Source: Mobula hypostoma
Taxonomy: Eukaryota
Direction of reading: 5' to 3'
DNA: 64,000 bases
Assembly (NCBI RefSeq): GCF_963921235.1
Contig: NC_086108.1
Location: forward strand, 23,870,001-23,934,000
A program made the position numbers and the translations under genes. Below, in pieces: positions 58,860 through 64,000 of this stretch; position 1 is the stretch's first letter, and each line of letters opens with the position of its first letter. The notes beneath the pieces were generated by a model that saw nothing but the letters and a program-made list of their open reading frames with translations, searched no databases and was not told the DNA's origin.

Positions 58860-60217
58860 TCAAGTATGTACAAAATAAAAAAGAGATGAGAGTGGATATA
58901 GGACCGCTAGAAAACAAGGTTGGAGAAATAATAATGGGGGACAAGGCGATGGCAGATGAACTAAATGGGTATTTTGCATCAGCCTACTGTGGAAGACACT
59001 AGTGGTGACGTGGATGTTGTCGTGTGTGAAGTAAGAGAAGTGAGTGCAGTTACTATTACAAGGGAGAAGGTGCTCAGAAAGTTGAAAGACCTATGGGTAC
59101 ACAAGTCACCTGGAGCTGATGAACTGCTCCCCAGGGTTCTGAAAAAGGTAACGGTAGATATTGTGGAGGCTCTAGAAATGATCTTTCAAAAATCATTGGA
59201 CACTGGCACGGTGCTAGAGGACTGGAAATTGCAAATGTCACTCCACTCTTTAGGAAAGGAGGCAGATAGCAGAAAGGAAATTATAGACCAGTTAGTCTGA
59301 CCTCAGTAGTTGGGAGGATATTGAACTCAATTATTAAAGATGAGTTTATGGAGTACTTGGTGACACAGGACAAGATAGGACAAAGTCAGCATGGTTTCCT
59401 TCAGGGAAAGTCTTGCCTAACAAACCTGTTGGAATTCTTTGAGGAGATTACAAGTAGGATAGATAAAGGGGATGCAGTGGATGTTGCATATTTGGACTTT
59501 TAAAAGGCCTTTGACAAGGTACTACATATGAGGTTGCTTACCAAGTTAAGAGCCCATGCTATTACAGAAAACGTACTAACATGGATAGGGCATTGGTTAT
59601 TTGGTAGGATGCAATGGGTGGGAATGAATGGATCCTTGTCTGGTTGTAGCTGCCAGTGACTAGTGGTATTCTGGAGGGGTTGGTGTTGGGACCGTTTCTT
59701 TTTATGCTGTATATAAATGATTCAGATGATGGAATAGATGGCCTTGTTGTTAAGTTTGCAGATGGTATGAAGATAGGTGGACGGGCAGGTAGTGTTGAGG
59801 AAACGGGTAGGGTGCAGAAGGACTTAGATAGATTTGGAGAATGGGCAAGAGTATTGAAAGGGCTAGATAGAATAGATGTGGAAAGGGTGATTCCTATGGT
59901 GGGGTAAGTCTAGGATGAGAGGGTACATACTCAGGATAGAGGGGCATCCATTTAAAACAGAGATGTGGAGAAATTTCTTTAGTCAGAGGGTGGTGAATTT
60001 GTGGAATTTGTTACCACAGGCAGCTGTGGAGGTCAGCTTGTTTGGTGTATATAAAGCAGAGATTGATAGGTTCTTGATTGGACATGGCATCAAAGGTTAC
60101 AGGGAGAAGGGTGGGGAGTGGGGTTGAGGAGGTGAAAAAAAAATCAGCTATGATTGAATGGCAGAGCAGACATGATGGGCCAATTGGCCTAATTCTGCTT
60201 ATGGTCTTATGGTCTTA
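58860..60217 (+). mobile_element. CR1 ORF2 fragment plus 3' tail, with an internal deletion near 59850
   Basis: HKSPGAD, QSQHGFLQGKSCLTNLLEFF, KFADGMKIGG and RNFFSQRVVNLWN, then a (tatggtct)n tail. Confidence 0.9.
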
Positions 60218-60680
60218 CTCCCTCGCACTTGTCTGCATTAAATTCCATGTGCCTTTGTTCAGTCCATTTTTACAGCTAGTCGAAATCATGCTGCATGCTT
60301 TGATAGTCTTGATCGTTCTCCACTCCACCCCCAAATTTGTTGATCCATATCATTGATATAGAAAACTAACAACAACAACCGACCCAGCACCGATCCCTGC
60401 AGCCCTTCAAAAGTCACAGGCCAGTAAGAGAGGCAACCATCTACGACCACTCTCTGGCTTTTCTTACAAAGCCAAGGTCTAATTCAATTTACTACCTCAT
60501 CTTGAATGTCAAGCCACTGAACCTTCTTGACTAACCTCCCATGCAGGTCTTTGTCAAATGCTTTACTGAAGTCCATGAAGACAACATCCACTGCCTTGTC
60601 TTCATTAACTTTCTTGGTAACTTCCTTGAAAAGCTCTGTAAGATTGGTTATACATGACCTAACATAGACAAAACTATGGC

Positions 60681-61130
60681 AACTCACACAAACTACTGGA
60701 GGAACTCAGCCAGCTAGGCAGCATGAATGGAAAAGAGTAAACAGTGGATGTTTTGGGCTGAGACTCTTCTTCAGGACTGCAAAGGAAGGGGAGAATCAGA
60801 GTAACAAAGTGGGGGAAGGGAGGAAGAAACACAGTCTGGCAGAGTGAGATGATAGGTGAAACCAGGAGAGGGAGAGGGGTGAAGTAAAGAGCTGGAAAAT
60901 TGATTGGTGAAAGAGATAAAGAGCTGGAGGAAGGGGAAACTGATAGATGACGATAAAAGACCATGGAAGAAAAGGAAGGGGGAGGAGCACCAGAAGGAGG
61001 TGATGGGCAGGCAAGGAGATAAATTGAGAAAGGGAAGAAAGGGAAAGAGGAATGGGGAATGGTTGGGGTGGGGGGGTGATAATTACCGGAGGTTCAAGTA
61101 ATCAATGTTTATGCCATCAGATTGGAGGAC
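60681..61130 (-). mobile_element. Penelope-like element 3' fragment (ORF end, pyrimidine-rich UTR and pLTR arm)
   Basis: Minus reads LQSDGINIDYLNLR-stop at about 61083-61127, then a CT-rich UTR, then gtcCTGAAGAagagtctcagcccAAAAcatc and the arm shared with 15996-16090. Confidence 0.8.
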
Positions 61131-61549
61131 AGATAAAACATTGCTGACTATTCCTAATCAGTCCATGTCTATCCAAGTACTCATATATCCAGTCCCTTAG
61201 AGTAACTTCCAATAACTTTCCCACTACTGCTGTCAGGCTTGCCAGCCTGACATTTCCCGGTTTATTTTTAGAACCTTTCTTAAACAGCGGAACAACATTA
61301 GCTATACTTTCATACTCTGGTACCTCACCTATTGCTAAGGATGATTTGAATATCTCTACTAGGGCCACAGCAGTTTCTGTGCTTACATCCCACAGGGTCC
61401 TGGGTATCTGGACCTGGGGATTTATGTACTCTAATCTGCCACAAGCCAGCAAACACCTCCTTCTCTGTAATCTGTATAGAGTCCTTGACCTCACTGCTGC
61501 TTTGCCTCCCTTCTTTGGAGACTGTGTCTGCCTCCCAAGTAAATACAGA

Positions 61550-61710
61550 TGCACCTTTGCACTTTACAGATGCGCCTGTGTTGATTATCAGCAAGGAGGA
61601 GATATTATTTGCAATTAGCACTGACTGTAGTCTCCCATTGAGGAATTCAAGGATCCAGTTGCAGATGTGAGTGCAGATGCCCAGGTTTTAGAACATGTTA
61701 TTAACCTTGT
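61550..61710 (-). mobile_element. Rex1-type RT fragment
   Basis: Minus reads CNWILEFL...ANNISSLLIINTGA. Confidence 0.6.
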
Positions 61711-61719
61711 TAAATGGAC

Positions 61720-64000
61720 CCATGGGAGATGACCATGCCAACACTTATTAGTCAGGGAAACCCTCAGAGCAGCCTTTAAGGAGTGGAGAAACCATTTGCA
61801 AAGGACATTGGACTGCAGCGATACATTGTGATGTGACGTAGCCTAACGCCAAGGTTCTGGGCCATTGCAGCCCAGAGGTCTGAAGTGAATAGGGGACTGT
61901 GGTCAGAGGAAATTCAGGTGGGGTGCCAAACCGAACAACCCGGGTGCTGATTAACGCCCGAGCCACGTGTGGCCATCGTCAATGCAAGTGGGATGACCTC
62001 TGGCCACTCGGTAGTACAGTCCACCATGGTGAGAAGGTGCGTGAAACCATGGGAGGGGCAAAGAGGACCAACAAGGTCTGCATTGACATGGTCAAACTGT
62101 CACTCAGAAAGTGCCAATGGCACCTGAACATGACAGTTCATTTTTCCCTGCTGGCACTCCACACTAGCTGCAGTCCAATCATGCATATCCTTTCTGAGGC
62201 TGTGCCAAACAGACTTTAGTACAACCAGTTTCTATGAGTCCTTCCAGCCTGGATGTGAGAGGCCGTGTATGGAGTCAAAAACAGTCCCTCTCTGGTTTGC
62301 GGTCATGATGGGGTGAGGGTGATCATTTGAGACATTGCACAGAAGAGCAACCCCAGCTTCCCTGATCTTAATGTCAGCCAACCTCAGGTCTGTGATGCTG
62401 TTTGGTAAGCCTGGACTTCTGGGTCAGTAACTTGGTCAGCTGTTATGCTGGCGTGGTTAACCTCTATGTGTAAGTCTCAACGACTGGCCTTGAGAGGCAA
62501 TTGGATTATTTTTCCCTTTGATATGTTGTATATTTGTTGTGAGCTTGGATATGTAGGCCAGGTGACGTTGCTGTTGTGTAGACCAAGGGTCTGACATCTC
62601 AGCCATCATGTGCACAAGGGGTTTGTGGCCAGTGAATGCTGTGAAATGGTGACTCTGTAGAAGAAAATGAAATGGTGGACAGCCAGATAGAGACCGAGAA
62701 ACTCATGATCAAACGTCCTTTCAGGGGAATGGAGCTGCTGACTGAAGAAGGTTAGCTGCTGCCACAGCTCTGACCAGCTGTTTGTGCACAGCACCCACAG
62801 CATAGTCTGAAGCATCAGTAATAATGGCTATAGGTGCACTGGGGAGTAGGTGCTCATTTAGTATCATCAAATGTCCTCGTCCTATCTGCTGACCAGTCAA
62901 GCACATGATTGGGGTATTGCCTTCAAGTGCACTGCACAGGGGAAGCATAAACTCAGCAGCTCACAGAATAGAACGTTACCATACTTAAAATCTCCTATAG
63001 ATTTTTTTTGTATCGTGGGGCAGTGGGAAATCTATTATAATAGCTACTTTTGATGGGAGGGGTTTTGCACCTGCAGAGATGCGATGGCCTAGAAAGTCAG
63101 TGATTGACAACCCAAACTGGCTTTTAGCAGGGTTAATAATCAATTCGTGTTGGCTTAAGTGCTCGAAAAGTGTGTGGAAATGAGATACGTGTTCAGATTT
63201 AGACACAATTGCGACAAGAATGTCATCCAGGTAAACAAAAAAAAGTCTAAGTTTTTTAATACAGAGTCCATCAGCTGTTAAAAGCCTGTGCTGCATTTTT
63301 CAGTCCAAACGGCATGAGCGGAAACTCAGAAAGGACAAATGGGGTTATCACAGCTACTGTTGGAAAGTCCTCTGAGCACACAGGTACTTGATGGTAGCCC
63401 TAAGTAGGTCGACTTCAGAAAAAATTATCACTGTGGCTAAATGTGCTGAAAAATCTTAGATGTGTGGAACCGGGCAATGATCAGTGGTGGTGGCTTCGTT
63501 AAGGCATCTGTAATCACCACAGCCAGGGACCAAGGACCCATATGGAGGGGTAAAGCCCAGGGGCTATTCAACAGGTGTACAAGGCTGAGTTGTTCCATAT
63601 TGGCAAACTCAGCTTTCACAGTTGCCAGCTTTTCTGGGTCTAGTCCAAGCACACGGGCATGGACTGGTGGGCCATTTGTGGGAATGTGGTGTTCGATCCC
63701 ATGCCTTCTAGCTGTAGTGGAGAATGTGAATTTGGTGAGGTCTGAGAATTCACCCAGTAGTCAAGTAAACTCACATGCAGTGGTGTGTGTGCTTGGCAGA
63801 GCCATTGTGGGAAACTGACTGGGGAGACCGGGTCACACCCAAAGTCCTTGACATCCACAAGCCGGCAGTTCAAAAGATCCTACAGTCCTTGGGTACACAG
63901 GAATTCTGCACTGAGCAGAGGTCAAGCCACTTTAGCCAGAATGATGTGTAACGTTGCCGACTGAAGCAGAGCATCACCCATCGTGTTCCATAGGTCTGGA
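61720..64000 (-). mobile_element. Decayed Ty3/Gypsy pol (RT, RNase H, integrase), running off the right edge
   Basis: Minus reads SPWALPLHM, FVYLDDILVA, FLGHRISAG, TDASDYAVGAV and an integrase-like ARALISTRVVRFGTP. The RT-RH-IN order is Gypsy-type, and there are many frameshifts. Confidence 0.9.

Larger units (their letters stand above)
58560..61530 (-). mobile_element. CR1 ORF2 remnant split by a plus-strand CR1 and a Penelope fragment
   Basis: Pieces 58560-58858, 60218-60680 (SCITNLTELF...VFMDFSKAFDK) and 61135-61530 (ANVVPLFKKG...SLTAVVGKLLE) are collinear on minus. Confidence 0.8.

Overview
This is eukaryotic, repeat-dense non-coding DNA, most likely intergenic or deep-intronic sequence from a cartilaginous fish (probably a ray). 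That assignment is inferred from the mix of CR1 LINEs, HE1/V-type SINEs, Rex1/Babar-type LINEs and Penelope remnants. I recognise no host protein-coding exon, tRNA or rRNA, and nearly every recognisable ORF in the track is a decayed transposon fragment. Highlights: (1) a young 95-bp-arm palindrome at 15996-16190 with a 14-bp target-site duplication (TSD), carrying a minimal hammerhead-ribozyme core on each strand and linked to Penelope elements by another copy at 60681-61130; (2) a young RTE LINE with a twin-priming 5' inversion at 44108-46046; (3) three copies of an apparently non-coding 0.82-0.86 kb retroposon family whose 3' tail resembles Rex1-type LINE tails; (4) two clean solo LTRs, several three-layer nested insertions, an ~80-bp hAT/Charlie-type MITE family and a decayed Gypsy pol running off the right edge. 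Family names come from my recall of motifs, not from database searches. Boundaries of old repeats are approximate.
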